Shown piece by piece: positions 25,227-39,026 of a stretch of DNA of 64,000 nucleotides; position 1 is the stretch's first letter; each line of letters opens with the position of its first letter. The stretch is from Octopus bimaculoides. Lineage: Eukaryota. The notes below the pieces were generated by a model. The model made no database searches and was not told the origin of the DNA. It worked only from the letters and a program-made list of their open reading frames with translations. The position numbers and the translations under genes are program-made. Location of the stretch: positions 22,964,976-23,028,975 of the forward strand of contig NC_069006.1 in assembly GCF_001194135.2 (NCBI RefSeq). The letters run 5' to 3'.

Positions 25227-27014
25227 GTATGTATTTAACATTGAATCCTTTTTATTACTCTCTCTGTTTTCCCCTCTCAATCACACACACACATATAAAC
25301 ACACTGGCATTTATTATCAAATGGGACAGGCTGACATTCCCTGCTTGACAATGCTAGAAGTTGATTATATTGTCTGAAGTTAGCAATGTTAGTTTTTTTT
25401 GTTTTTTTTTTCTGAAGGCTGGGTGAGGGAGTCATTTTTATAGCCCAGTAGAAAGGAAGGCTTTTGTGCCTATGATCTTCCATGGCTCTGGGAGTCTGGT
25501 AAGATTGATAGGTTTGATGTTCAGTTTGAACAGTTCACAAGACAAGGATGATTCATAGTGTAAACTTAATAGTGGTGGTGGTGGTGGTGGTGGCAGTAAT
25601 GGACATGGTGACAGCAGCAGCAGTGGTTGTGGTGGTAGTAGTGTAGGTGCAGAATAGCTGAATGGTTATGATGTGTTCTTCACAATCACAAGGAACAAGG
25701 TTCAATCTTATTCCTATAGCCATGGATCGACCAAAGCCTTTTGTGTAAAATAAAGTAGATGTGAACTGCATTGGAAGCTTATCAGATGGATGTACCTGTA
25801 ACTCATATATATATGGAAATGTTTACAACAGTGTCCTTCTGGTTATAATGAAAGTTGGGTTACTGATTAGAAAGTTGCCTTAAATATTTAATGATAATAA
25901 CAAAAACATAAAGAAAAATATTTATAATAATAAAAATATTAATATTGTTTCTTTTCTTTCTAGGGAAGTATTAATTCCCATACATTCTTCATTGCAGCAT
26001 CTGAACTTGTTCTTATCTTTCGAAAATATTTAGAAAATATGTTTTGTCTATGAATTGATGAATATATAAATAACTATATTAATATATCAGTAGTGAGTTG
26101 TTTAATGCAAGAGATAAGTCTTCCAGCAAACTTGAGACCGTTGGAGCTGGTATCTTTACCTGGGATCAAACCAGCTCACATCGCTGATACAATTGAGAAA
26201 TGTATAGTGGCCTTTTCTATGACTTTGTATTTGAAAATAACAAATTTACTTTATNNNNNNNNNNNNNNNNNNNNNNNNNNNNNNNNNNNNNNNNNNNNNN
26301 NNNNNNNNNNNNNNNNNNNNNNNNNNNNNNNNNNNNNNNNNNNNNNNNNNNNNNNNNNNNNNNNNNNNNNNNNNNNNNNNNNNNNNNNNNNNNNNNNNNN
26401 NNNNNNNNNNNNNNNNNNNNNNNNNNNNNNNNNNNNNNNNNNNNNNNNNNNNNNNNNNNNNNNNNNNNNNNNNNNNNNNNNNNNNNNNNNNNNNNNNNNN
26501 NNNNNNNNNNNNNNNNNNNNNNNNNNNNNNNNNNNNNNNNNNNNNNNNNNNNNNNNNNNNNNNNNNNNNNNNNNNNNNNNNNNNNNNNNNNNNNNNNNNN
26601 NNNNNNNNNNNNNNNNNNNNNNNNNNNNNNNNNNNNNNNNNNNNNNNNNNNNNNNNTATATATATGCACACATGCATAAATATGTATGCATACAGGCATA
26701 ATATGTGCATAAAATGAATACCTACAAATAGGTATGTGTATATAAGTATATATTCTTAATAGAGTAAATCTTTTTAATTTTACAATATTATTGCTTCCTA
26801 GTTTTTATCTCTTTCTAACTTCTTATTCTTGACTTCAAATAAATGATTCCTCACCACCACCACCACCGTTCTCATTACACTCATCATATCTTAAACACCT
26901 TCTCAATTTCAGAACATAAATTAAGGTTTTTTTTTTTATTATTTGTTTGTTTTTATTGTCATTTTTTTTTTATTTTATTTTATTTCTCACTGTTGTCATT
27001 GCAACACTTTATAG

Positions 27015-27131
27015 CAACCACTCCATGTCGTCGTGATCAGTTTAGATGTGAAGAGGGTCACTGTATTGATGGCCGTTTTCGATGTGATGGAATCAACCAT
27101 TGTCCTCTCAATACTGATGAACTTGATTGTC
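27015..27131 (+). CDS. HSPG2: Exon: LDLa repeat 4 (atypical acidic motif)
   Basis: tttatag|CA...TGTC|gtaagt; TTPCRRDQFRCEEGHCIDGRFRCDGINHCPLNTDELDC; 117 nt. Confidence 0.92.
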
Positions 27132-27339
27132 GTAAGTGATATATAAAAAAAAAAAGCACAAAAATCAATCGAATTACTGATGGGTAATTTGATAACAATC
27201 AGAGGTTTCTTCCTCAAGATGAAATTTTGAAACTGTTTTTTTTTCTGCTGATGCCGATGCTAATGATGCTATCACTGCTCCTAATTATGGTTTGTTGTGG
27301 TTGTTGTTCTTGATGTTGATGTTATTATTCCTCTTGTTC

Positions 27340-28230
27340 TTGCTGCTCATGTAATTTTGTGACATGTTCTTGTCTATATGATCCTTCATCTTTTCATACT
27401 CGTGTGAACATGCACTCTTTCTTCCTCCCTTTTCACCTTCTACCTTCACTACAATTCTTCTACCTTCCACTGCCACTATTTTCACAATCCTTTTCCTTTG
27501 TTTTGTCTTCTGTCTTTACCCTTTGTTTTACACCTCTGTTTTGCCTGCCACCAACATTGTTTTATACTGTTATACCACTATCTTTATCTTTTTCTACTAG
27601 TTTTCTTTCATCCTCTTTATTACCTTTAGTCTAAATTACCTATATTATTCCTCCTTTCACACCTCTCCTTTACCTTCCACTCTTTATCCTCTTCCTCTAT
27701 GTTTCTATTATCCACTATATATGTTCACTCTCCCCTCAATCATCTATACCTTATATTTATCTGTTTTTGTCTTTCACACTGTCAGTGTCTCTATTACACC
27801 TCTCACTTTCTGTTGAACTCTTCAACATTTTTGTTTGCCTTCCAATGTTTTATCCTTAATTTTCCTGTATTTTGCCCTCCATTCTGTTACCCCTGTTTCA
27901 TCCTTCAAACTCTCAGTGTTAATTTACATCTTGTCCTGTTTTACTTTCTATCACTTTAGTTTACTCTTCATCTGTTTCACCATCAATTAACTCTGTTTTA
28001 CTCTATACACACTCTGTGTCCAACTATCAAATCTATCTTTCTCTCTTTTAACTTTCATCTCTTCAGTTTTGTTCACTCTCAGTTACTTCTGTCTTACTCT
28101 TCACATCATATTCCATTTTCTCTTTCCACCCCTGTTTCCTCTCTTTTACTCCTCCCAAATTACTGACTTTATGTTATCCTGCAATACCTCTGTCTAAACT
28201 TCCTAACTCTGTTGTTCTATTTTTATCCAT
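27340..28230 (+). repeat. ~900-bp pyrimidine-rich low-complexity tract
   Basis: Strong C/T excess on the + strand, very few G. Confidence 0.8.
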
Positions 28231-31200
28231 TCCGCTGGCGTTCCATGCTCTAGAGTACAGAATTTTTTGTTACAATATTTCAATGTAACAGATACTTCTG
28301 TATGAAGATCATGTGGAATATTAATATCCCTTGGTAGTGCAGGACAGAGCAGGACTATATGTTACAATATTGGTTACAATATTGCAACAAATAGTTTTGA
28401 ATGTGTACACTTACAAAAAATGTGAATATCCATCTTTTGTGAGGATTATTTCACTTTAATGAAGAAACAACAAAAATTAAATAATGACTTCATTTTTTTA
28501 AATGTTCAATGCTTGTTTTTGCTTCCATTTCAAAAGTTTCAGCACTTTGCACTTCCTTTGGACTGCACACAGTTTACTGTTACCAATTTTGACTGTTTTA
28601 TGAACATTTCAGCACTTTGCACACCGTTTGGACCACAACCCCTTGTTACCAAACATTTACATTATGTTATTTAAGAAAATCACTTTGCACCTGTTTTGTT
28701 TAAATATTTTTTCACGTTGTTTAACTTTTTTTGTTTTGTTTTTGAAATTTGTATTGAATTTCTGACTTCTGAATATCTGAACTTTTCTTAATGGAGATCT
28801 ATATTTTATTTATTTCTCCTTTTTTTTTTTTTATCTGTGAGAAACCATTTCTGCATGCTATTTTTCTGAAATGACTTCAATACACTTTAATGCACTCACT
28901 GCACCCTGGTTTTGCAGTTTTCATTCTCAGGAGCACTTTTCTGCCTTTCTCATAATATTCTGCTATATAACTTTCACATAATATTCTGCTACTTTTTAAT
29001 AGTTGCTCCTATATTGTGGTTCCCAAATGGTGTGGTGCAAGATGTAGCTAAGCATCCTGTAATAATAATAATAATAACATTATATTTAAAACATGAGTAA
29101 AATACAAATTGAAATACTAAATAGAAAGTTTTCATAACATTGCTTCATTTATTGAATAAAGAATCAAATAGTTAATTTATAGCCTAAAATATATAATATG
29201 TATTTTTAATACACTTTTTTGACTTCATGTATAAACTGCACCAAATTATTTTCATTTCATCTAAAGTGCACCACAAGCAAATATGTTTGGAAACCACTGT
29301 TGTTATATGTCTAATACTCTTTGATTTTTGGTTATGCTCACACACGTGATATTCATTTCTCTCTCTTACTAGTTCAATCCAATTTGTTATCTCACTTGTT
29401 CAGTTTTTTTTAAAACCTTGTCAAGATTTCATTTGTCCACGAGTAGTAGAACATTATTATCCTTGCTCCTTCTCAACTATGTAGATATTTGATGAAAGGT
29501 GCTCAGTAGATTCAGATAATTTAAGAATTAATCATAATAAAAGCAAGGATATTTGATAAGTTGATGAGAAAGGAAGTCAAGTTGAATAAAAAATGAAATT
29601 CTGAGTAAATAAGAGTAAGTGAACCATGAGTTAATTGTTCGTATTTTGTGTGCCAGTTTCAAGGAAAATTAAAAGCTATAGCACTGCATAGTTTCCTTTT
29701 AGTTATTTATTCAAAATTATTTTATATATATATATATATATTAACATTTCAACCAATATATAAACATTTATTTTTATTATAAATCATAGCTTAACAATAA
29801 AATAATCATTTGATTAATGAATTGTAAAATATGCAAAATATTTGATTCTAAATAATTGTATATAACTGAGGGAGAAACTCCTATTAATACAAATCAAATT
29901 CATTGAATATGAATGATAAAATGTTCATTTATAAGAAATGCTGTAAAGGTCTTCATAAAATAAGCTTTGAAATTCTAGTTTTTTTTTTTGTTTTTTTTGA
30001 TATAGTGATAATTTTTCTAAAGTCATATTCTGTTTATTTACTAAATTTTAATAGACTTGTTCTCCAAATAGCTAAATTCTTATCTTAAAGTTCTAATTAA
30101 CTTATCAAAGAAGGTAAGATGTTCAGGAGAAACATAAATTCCTTTGTGTTTGTTTTGCCTTGTGTTTAAAACACATGAGCACCAAAACTGCTTGGCTCAA
30201 AGTACAGTGTTCTACTGCCATGTATAGGTTGGACATCAACAGATGTTTGCCATTGGATCAAGAGGCTAAATATATATTTACATTCTGAGGTTGACAATAT
30301 CCTATTGTTTAGTATTTTGAGCAAGTATCTTTTACTACAGCCTTGGATTGACTCATGTCTTGTTTGTGGAACTTGGTAAATAGAAACTGTGTTAAAGCCT
30401 AATGGCTGAATTATACCAGTGAGTCAAAGGTTCAAATTTGAAACTGAGTCTTGCTGACTCTGTCTGAGAATTATTTTTTAAGGGTACATGTGTCTGTAAT
30501 TTATGCACTTGTTCAATGAGGTTGATAGTTTGGTTGATTAAACAAACTCAAAAATTCAGACTCAGATGCATTCCAATGACTAAAATGATTAAAAGAGTAA
30601 ATGCATGTGTAATTAGACTCTGTAGATAATGAGCTATATGAACTAATGGTTCTTTTTCCTAGTTGCTTATAGAATAATCTAATATGAATTATTTCATTAA
30701 TGCATAGAAATTCTAATATTCACTTACCAGAGTTTAATTAATTGTGAGAAAAAATTGTATATGCTCATAAACTATTTTAACTGTTATATTTAATTATTTT
30801 TACTTAATAAATTCACCTGAATAAAAGCACTAATTCTACTGTAGTGTGACTTTAACAGTATCTCAATTATATAGAAATCTAGTTTATATATATAACATCA
30901 AATGTATCTGCTTCTAATTTATATTTCTAACTAATATATAGCTTTTACAATCAGAATAACGAATGTGTCTTAAAGTAGTTTTTTTTTTTTTAAATCTAAT
31001 GTTCATTAAATCAATATCATAGCTGCAATATTAACTTAGAATATTGCATTTAATCCAGGTTAATATTTTTCAATAACTAACTGCTTTGACTTCTAAAGCA
31101 TTATTATCTACATATGAATATATCTAATTATGTTAATATTCCATCTGATGCAAATATTATACTTTTTCTTAATATTATATATCTGCATTGTTACATATCA

Positions 31201-31249
31201 AAGAACTTTTATATTCTAAAAAAATATCCTAAATTGTATTTCATTTTAG

Positions 31250-31372
31250 CAAACCGCACTTGTGCTGCAAATGAATTCTCCTGCAAAGTTGGCCCATGTA
31301 TTGCAATAAGTTTGGTCTGTGATAACAAAAGGGATTGTGAAGATAGATCTGATGAAACTCCAGATGCCTGTG
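31250..31372 (+). CDS. HSPG2: Exon: LDLa repeat 5
   Basis: attttag|CA...TGTG|gtaagt; NRTCAANEFSCKVGPCIAISLVCDNKRDCEDRSDETPDAC; 123 nt. Confidence 0.93.
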
Positions 31373-31662
31373 GTAAGTATCCTGCCTACTGTTGCAATAA
31401 ATTTTTAAAGCCAGCTGTTTTCATGTTACCTTTACCTAATCCCACTCCCCTCATTCATTTCTCTATCCTCTTCTCATCATTCATACTATGTCCGTTGACC
31501 TCACCTCACTCAGAGTGCCTGCTGAAAGCTGTACAGGCCATGTACAAAGACACTGTCTTTGTACAATCACAGGTCAGCGAAGAATTTGATGTGTCAAAAT
31601 TTGAAATTTCAATTGTTGTTGTTGTTGTTCTCATCATCATCATCACCATTATCTCTCTTCAG

Positions 31663-31776
31663 CCTCAGTATGCAAACCAGGTGGTTTCAGATGTCGTGAT
31701 GGAAGCTGTATTGACGAGTCCTTCCACTGTGATCGTGTACCTCAATGCCGAGATGGCTCTGATGAGATTAACTGTG
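31663..31776 (+). CDS. HSPG2: Exon: LDLa repeat 6
   Basis: ctcttcag|CC...TGTG|gtacgt; SVCKPGGFRCRDGSCIDESFHCDRVPQCRDGSDEINC; 114 nt; a second in-frame acceptor lies 6 nt downstream. Confidence 0.92.
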
Positions 31777-31916
31777 GTACGTAAATCATTTAGTGTGTTG
31801 TGTGTGTGTGAAGTCAAATTTTTGTTCTTTTGGGAGAGGAAAAAATCCCCTTGATCTTTGATTTTGAATATTCTGGTGTCCTCATTTTTTAAGTAAAATG
31901 TTTTTTAATGGTTCAG

Positions 31917-32030
31917 GTACTCAATGTTTATCTGGAGAGTTCCATTGTAAAACTGGAGAATGTATTCAAGGTGCTAAAAAGTGTGATGGTCGTGCAGATT
32001 GCTGGGATAGTTCTGATGAAGAAAATTGCC
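31917..32030 (+). CDS. HSPG2: Exon: LDLa repeat 7
   Basis: ggttcag|GT...TGCC|gtgagt; [37 protein letters not shown]; 114 nt. Confidence 0.93.
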
Positions 32031-32200
32031 GTGAGTATTTTTCTTTTAATTATTTCTTCATTTTGGCTATCACCATTAAATAGTAACGTTAACATTTGTT
32101 ATATGGTTTTACATTATTCTTTCTAGTACTACCTTACCCATTTCTCTCCTCACTTCCTCATTTCACTCTAATCACTTTGTATTCCTGTCTCACTTCTTTC

Positions 32201-32254
32201 TTCTTCACACCCTCATTCTTCTTCACACCCTCATTCTTCTTCACACCCTCATTC
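32201..32254 (+). repeat. 18-bp tandem repeat, 3 copies
   Basis: TTCTTCACACCCTCATTC x3. Confidence 0.9.
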
Positions 32255-32688
32255 TTCTTCTTCTTATTCTTTTGATCACATTGTCCTGAACAAACAGAGA
32301 TAACATTGAGTAGTGAGGACTCTTGTTTTGCTGAGTACAAGGTAACCTCACTAGCACTGGTACCACAATAAAATGATCCCAGTTCACCCATTAAAATAGT
32401 TTGTGGAAGAATATAGACAATGTAGGTAGGGCCAAGATAATCCCTTATGTCTTGTCTTATCAAGAACATGACAACTCCTAGTGGCAGTACCATGATAAAA
32501 TTCACCCAATGCATGCTGTAAAATAGTTACTGTTAGGAATGGAAAAATCTAGCTGTAGAATCCATGCCAAAAATAGAATGTACAAGTGAAACATGATCAC
32601 TTGATTTATCTAGGAATGTAGCAACTCTGAATATGATCTGACTTGTAGCAGGAAGACTCATCCAACTTATGCCATCATGGAAATTCAG

Positions 32689-32719
<31 letters not shown>

Positions 32720-34222
32720 ACTGATGATATATACTCTTTATAATTGTCTAAGTTGTATTGAATTTTGTCTGCATTCACTATATTTACCAATGATAAAATT
32801 GCCACTGCTATGTCAAAAAAAAAAACCTTGAAGGAATCTAATTATACATGAATCTAATGTATGTTATCTAATAACTGTGAATTCAACATACATATGCTTA
32901 TGCATAGACCTTTGTGTTAGGATATTTGGTTTATATATTTCTTACCATTATATGCTAGGTACAAGTAATTAATAGCTGTTACTTCTGATATCTTCTTCAT
33001 ATTCCTGCTGATAAAAAAATGTCTGCTCTTACCCTACAAAGCCTTATGGTAGTTATTGTGGTAGACGAAATATAGTACAAATGATTTTTAACCATTTCAA
33101 CACCTTAATTATGGTAATGGTACTTCTTTCTAAAATAGGTGCAAAGTCAAAATTTCAGGGAGAGGTGTCAGTTGATTGAATCAGTAGCGAACAGATGTAA
33201 AGCAAAGTTGATGATAGTGGAATTTGAATTCGGAATGTAAAGTGTTGTAACTGGTTACTGCAATGCACATTGTCTGACGCTCTAATGGTTCTGCCAAATA
33301 ACAACAGCAATAATATATGATGATGATGATGATTAACAACAGTGCAGCAAAGCCTCTGATTCAAGTGCAACTATAGAGTTGATTATATTGACTCAAGAAC
33401 TCAACTGTTTATTTTATTGAGTTTTGGGGGGTTGAAACAAATAAAATCAAACATGGCAGGATTTGAATGCAAAACATCAAAAGGGATGCAATAAAATACT
33501 GCAAGACATTTTTTTTTGACACTTTGCCATTTCTGGCATCGTACTGTAACCATATATAGAGACTATCCTCTATCCTCATTGCAAGAGGTGCTCTCATTGT
33601 GTCTTTTTCGGAGTTAGTGGGTTGTGAGAGGTCAAGTACCTAGCTTTATAAGACAATTAAACAATAATTTCAATTATTTGCAATATTTATCCTGGACAGC
33701 ATCCAAAATAAACCACTTGACTGTTTGATGTCAAGTCAACCCTTGCATATTCTCAGCTTCTGTCCCACAAATGTACTGTCTCCCTATCTCTGCTCCTTAG
33801 TGCTAGCTGGTCTCATGACATCTCCTCCTCTCAGACACTCCCAACTCTTTCATCTCGCTTCCTCTCACATATTTTTCCTGTAGCTGTTGACTTAAAACTG
33901 CTTTGGAAAGCTTCCATCCAGTTCATTGCGCAATTTAACACTGCCAACTGAATCTTGAGTATCTTTTGTGGTGTCTGCTCTGTTCTAAGTATTCAGAGCC
34001 CATCTGTGATCAGACGATAATTTCTTTCTTGCTACCAGTCTCCAAGGCCCTGAAAAGGCTTATAGGTGCTCCTTTTTTTCTTATTTGATTAAGCAATACA
34101 ATTTTTTTAAATGTTTGTGTCTTTGTTTATATCAGTTTGAATGATTGTATATGACCTCATGTCTGCCTGTGTCTGTTTTGTCTTCATTTGTATAATTATT
34201 CAATTGTATTCTTTGGTTCCAG

Positions 34223-34342
34223 TATTCTGCAAGAAACGAGATGAATTCCTATGCCGTGAGGGAACTGTGTGTCTTCATATTTCTCAAGTCTGTGATGAAG
34301 TCATTGACTGTCCGGACAGTAGTGATGAGACAAATTGTCGTT
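34223..34342 (+). CDS. HSPG2: Exon: LDLa repeat 8
   Basis: gttccag|TA...CGTT|gtatgt; FCKKRDEFLCREGTVCLHISQVCDEVIDCPDSSDETNCR; 120 nt. Confidence 0.92.
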
Positions 34343-36825
34343 GTATGTTTCTGCTCATAGCATCCATTTACAATAGTGTTTCATCAGAAAAACTAAATAT
34401 GACAGTGGAAAAAAGAAAGAACTTGGGGAACATTGTTAATGTTGTTATTGTTGCATTAAACATAATGATGGGCATGTGGATTACAGTTCTGTCTAAATTG
34501 ATAAAAATACATTTTCCACTGCTAAAGGAATGCATTATATTGAATTAAGTACCATACTTCAAGACATAGTGTTTGCAGTAAATACAAAAACTACTGCAGC
34601 AATAACTTCAGGCCTTGGTTGGCATGAAATTCACCTTAAGATGTTTGCTTCACAAGTTCTTTGTTCTGGATTGTTTAATCTAATTATATGGCATCTTAGG
34701 CAAATGGATTCTACCCTTGCCTCAAGTTGACCAAAAATTTGTGGTTGAAATTTTTATAGACAGAAAGTGTGGGAGTACACTATTGGGACTGTTACTACTC
34801 GTAATTTGTTACCCATTTTAATACCATCACCTGGCCTGTGTGGGTCTTTGGCAGTATCTACTCAATTGCAAACATTCAGTTCAGTTTGAGAATAACTTCC
34901 TCCCTTCCACAAACCAGTCATAAAGGCTCAGAAAAGAGTTGTAGGTGCTGCCTTTACTCTTCTAATAAAAAACCATTAATCCCTTCCTCTATTACTTCAT
35001 TCCTAAGTTCTTGGAGGCAAACAGATTTGTTATGTATTACCCCTTGAGAGAGTACTATTCATTATTGTTTGTTCTCAGTATTACTGACCTTGACTGCATT
35101 TTACTGCATAAACAACCACTTATAAGAACAAAATAGGATGAGTGCACAGCTAAGCTTAAAACTGAGAAGACCTTTTGCATAAAGTGGTCCTATCAACTAC
35201 AGAGAAGTCACACCTGTTTTATTGTAATGTGTTGGTTAAGTCTAATGTTAACTAATGTTTTTAGACCCAAATTAGCTCTGGTTAGACATAGCCATGATCA
35301 AACAAATTCCAACTGTGGCCACACCTCTTGAATTTCAGTATAAAATAACTCCTATTCAACTGCTATTTGGCCCACTCAGCACATCTATAAATACACACTG
35401 ATTTGCATAAGCAGTGTTAGTCTGGTAGCTACGTCAATTAATTAAATACCAATAATTTATATATGTGTGCAGACGTATGCTTGTGTATATATGTATACAC
35501 ACAGACACACACATGCACACACCATTCTTTTAGTTTAATTGACAATCTATATTTTACCCCCAGTTTGAAGGGCATCACTGAATGTAATTACATCTTGCAG
35601 AAAGGTGAACTGATCACAATTTCCCCATTTTCAGATTTTCTCTACACTTTAGAGGTTTCAAATCCAATTTGTCTCAGCCATTATAAAATCTAGTTTTTTT
35701 CCACTGTTCATATTTCTTTTTCATCCTGTACCATTACATGATACCCAGCATGACACTCAACCAGCCAACCATCTGTCAATCTATCTATGCATTTGTCTGT
35801 CTATCTCATGGTCAACCAGTCAGCTTTGTTTGCCACAATGTCTGTCTGAGAGATGTACATTCAGTTTTAGTCTGCATCATACTCAACCCTTCATTCATGA
35901 CTTCTTTCTCATTTCTTGCTGACTGCCTGACAGAACCATACATTACTGGCTCATTTTATTGACCATTCTTTGCATGATTCGATAATATATATATATGGAT
36001 GTATTTATGTATATATAGCGAGTGAGATTGATTAAAACTGCTACATGATGAATATTTGGTTTATGTAGTTAAAAAGAGATGGAATGAAAATGGGGAGTTC
36101 ATTTATTTTCATGTCTTTTGGGTTGCATTGATTCATATATTATTATATATTTTGAAAATGTTTTTAGCCTTATACATTGGAAGAAATGTTCCAATTGCTT
36201 GTGTCTAAGTATGTTTAATATTTTAAAGTTTATTTTTCATAATATACATAGTTATCAATTTCAATAATTTAAATAAATAACTTAGTTATTTGAGTTGCAT
36301 TCCTGGACAAGGTACATAACTCTGCTTGCTTCAGTTATTTGCCTGACTTAATTAGTGGCTGAAAGGGTATAAGAAATGGCATAACTTCACCTTGTAAAGC
36401 CATCCCTTGTCCTGTTTGCATGAAAAATAGAAAAAAATAAACGGATGTAAACCAACCCCTCAAAAGTAAATAAGAAAATGTTGTATGCTTTATCAAAGAG
36501 AGTCTAAAGCATTTGAATGTACTCCTTTGACTTGTTACTTATTCTCTTTAAGTGAACCATATAAGTAAACATATCTAATTTCTGCTACAGTTTTGAAACT
36601 AGTATTTCTCCCTTGGTTTTGTAATAGCATTGTCATTCTTACCACCTACCCCATCCCTCGCTGAATCCCTCAAAAATCTGCATGGCCATTATATGGAAGA
36701 ACTTCTTTACCTTGACTGTAGAACTGATTCATTGGTTTAACTTGTATTTCTTGTCGTCTACTAAAATGCTGTTTGTAGATTAGTTAATAACATTCTATAT
36801 CTTCTACATTATTATGTATGTACAT

Positions 36826-36869
<44 letters not shown>

Positions 36870-37621
36870 ATTCTTTTCTTTTAGGTCTCAGTCAGTGGAC
36901 TGTGGTACAAAACAATGTGAATAAATAAACATTACATTTGACAGAGTAATCTGAATGCAGAATGGCTAATGGCTCATCTGCAACAGGCAAGCTACAAAAA
37001 TGGATTTACTTAGTCCAACATTGAGTGCATATAGGTGCAGAGGGATCTTCAACAGACTAAAATTTCATGATTAAAACTTCATATTCTCTTATTAAATCCA
37101 CTTGGCATTCAGTTGAATTTTTTTGAGCCAATGTTGTACACATTTCTCTGTGTCTTCTTTGTACATAACATGGTCAGCAGAAGTACATGAATTTTTGCAT
37201 TGGAAAACATCCCAAAGAGTGTTCCCTGTTACACAGTCACACATGGCATGGTGAGAGCAGATGTATCTCCATGTGTTGAGTGTCATTTCACCTTTATTAG
37301 TTGACTAATGTTTATCCACTTAACCCAATTTGCTACCATTTCCATTGTATCTCCCTAACACTGATGTACACACATGCACACACACATATGCACATTCACA
37401 TATGCCTTAATTTGACAATGATTTATACAAAATGCTGTTATTAATAATTTCTTTACATTTCTCTTTTTTGTAAATGATATTTATCATGAAATTTCTCTCT
37501 TCTAAGCACAGATTGCAATTCCCATCAAAATAATTATATTTTCTTCTTTTCAAGAATCAATAAATTCAATGTGATTGTTATTTCAAATACTTATCTCGTT
37601 TTCATTTTTCTTGTTCTTTAG

Positions 37622-37735
37622 CCACAGTTTGTACTGCTAACCAGTTCCAGTGTGATGGCCGCTGCTTAGACTTGTCTTTGATATGTAATGGTCAAATTGA
37701 TTGTAGAAATGGGTTTGATGAGTCAGAATGTTCAG
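37622..37735 (+). CDS. HSPG2: Exon: LDLa repeat 9
   Basis: tctttag|CC...TCAG|gtaatt; TVCTANQFQCDGRCLDLSLICNGQIDCRNGFDESECS; 114 nt; absent from the ORF track. Confidence 0.92.
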
Positions 37736-37899
37736 GTAATTATTTCAAGAAAACCCTTATTATATCTCAAACTCCATCACAAACTATCAATATATCCATC
37801 TGTATAAGCCCAAGAAAAATACTTCTGCATGTTTACTTGACCTGCTAGAAAAAGCAGCCATATCTCCTTCTTATTATATCCTACCACACGCACCACTAC

Positions 37900-37957
<58 letters not shown>

Positions 37958-38533
37958 ATATACACACTCAGAGTAAAGGGTAAAGACCCCCTTCAGTCAT
38001 GAACCTTAGGAGATAGGCCCCTTAGATACTAACATGGGCTGCCATATATGGATTCTGATGGTGCAGGGTTCCATTTGCCATCAGGCAAGCTGGAAACCTG
38101 GTCAGTCTGCCACTGACTACAAGCAACTTTACACGATTTATTGTACTCCATTTATAGATTCAACTTTGTTGGAACTTCTGTTTTAAATATACTTTAGATT
38201 GGCAAAAGTGATAGAGTGCTGGAAAAAATTATTTAGTTACCACTCTTTACATTCTGAGTTTAAATCTCACTATCATTTTTCTGAGTTTGGTAGAGAAATG
38301 TAGTAGGTAAAATACTGGAGAAGATTTAATCAACTACACCTTCTCCTAAAATTTGTAGCTTTGAGCCACTGTCAGAAATATAGAACTAGGATCTATTGAA
38401 TTTTCCAATAATGCACCTTAAATGTGAATGGAATTATAATTAAAGACTACCCTAACAGAATTTTCCATTCCATTCCATTTACTGTGGAATTAGAAAACTT
38501 ATTTTTGCATTTGTCAAATTCCTATTTTTCCAG

Positions 38534-38641
38534 AATGTAATGAACAACAGTTTACATGCAGAAATGGTGACTGCATTCAAAAATCAGCAGTTTGCAATGG
38601 AAGACAAGACTGCCGTGATGGTTCTGATGAACAGGACTGCG
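38534..38641 (+). CDS. HSPG2: Exon: LDLa repeat 10
   Basis: tttccag|AA...TGCG|gtaagt; [35 protein letters not shown]; 108 nt. Confidence 0.93.
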
Positions 38642-38652
38642 GTAAGTATACA

Positions 38653-39026
38653 TTCTTTTACTCTTTTACTCTTTTACTTGTTTCAGTCATTTGACTGCGG
38701 CCATGCTGGAGCACCGCCTTTAGTCGAGAAAATCTACCCCAGGACTTATTCTTTGGAAGCCTAGTACTTATTCTATCAGCCTCCTTTTGCCGAACCGCTA
38801 AGTTACGTGGACATAAACACACCAGCATCGGTTGTCAAGCGATGTTGGGGGGACAAACACAGATACACAAACACACACACACATACATATATATATATAC
38901 ATATATACGACGGGCTTCTTTCAGTTTCCATCTACCAAATCCACTCACAAGGCTTTGGTCGGCCCGAGGCTATAGTAGAAGACACTTGCCCAAGGTGCCA
39001 CGCAGTGGGACTGAACCCGGAACCAT
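38653..39026 (-). mobile_element. Near-full-length copy of the same SINE, antisense, 5'-truncated
   Basis: Reverse complement aligns with about 3947-4320 at high identity, tail included; starts about 12 nt after the LDLa10 donor. Confidence 0.92.

Noticed and set aside
28255-28345. FQCNRYFCMKIMW peptide resembling a degenerate LDLa exon
   Set aside because: Only 2 Cys, no acidic motif, no in-phase donor.
29003-29029. Possible 27-nt microexon (VAPILWFPN) inside the GCAC cluster
   Set aside because: The acceptor is plausible but the donor GTGTGG is very weak; not supportable without reads.
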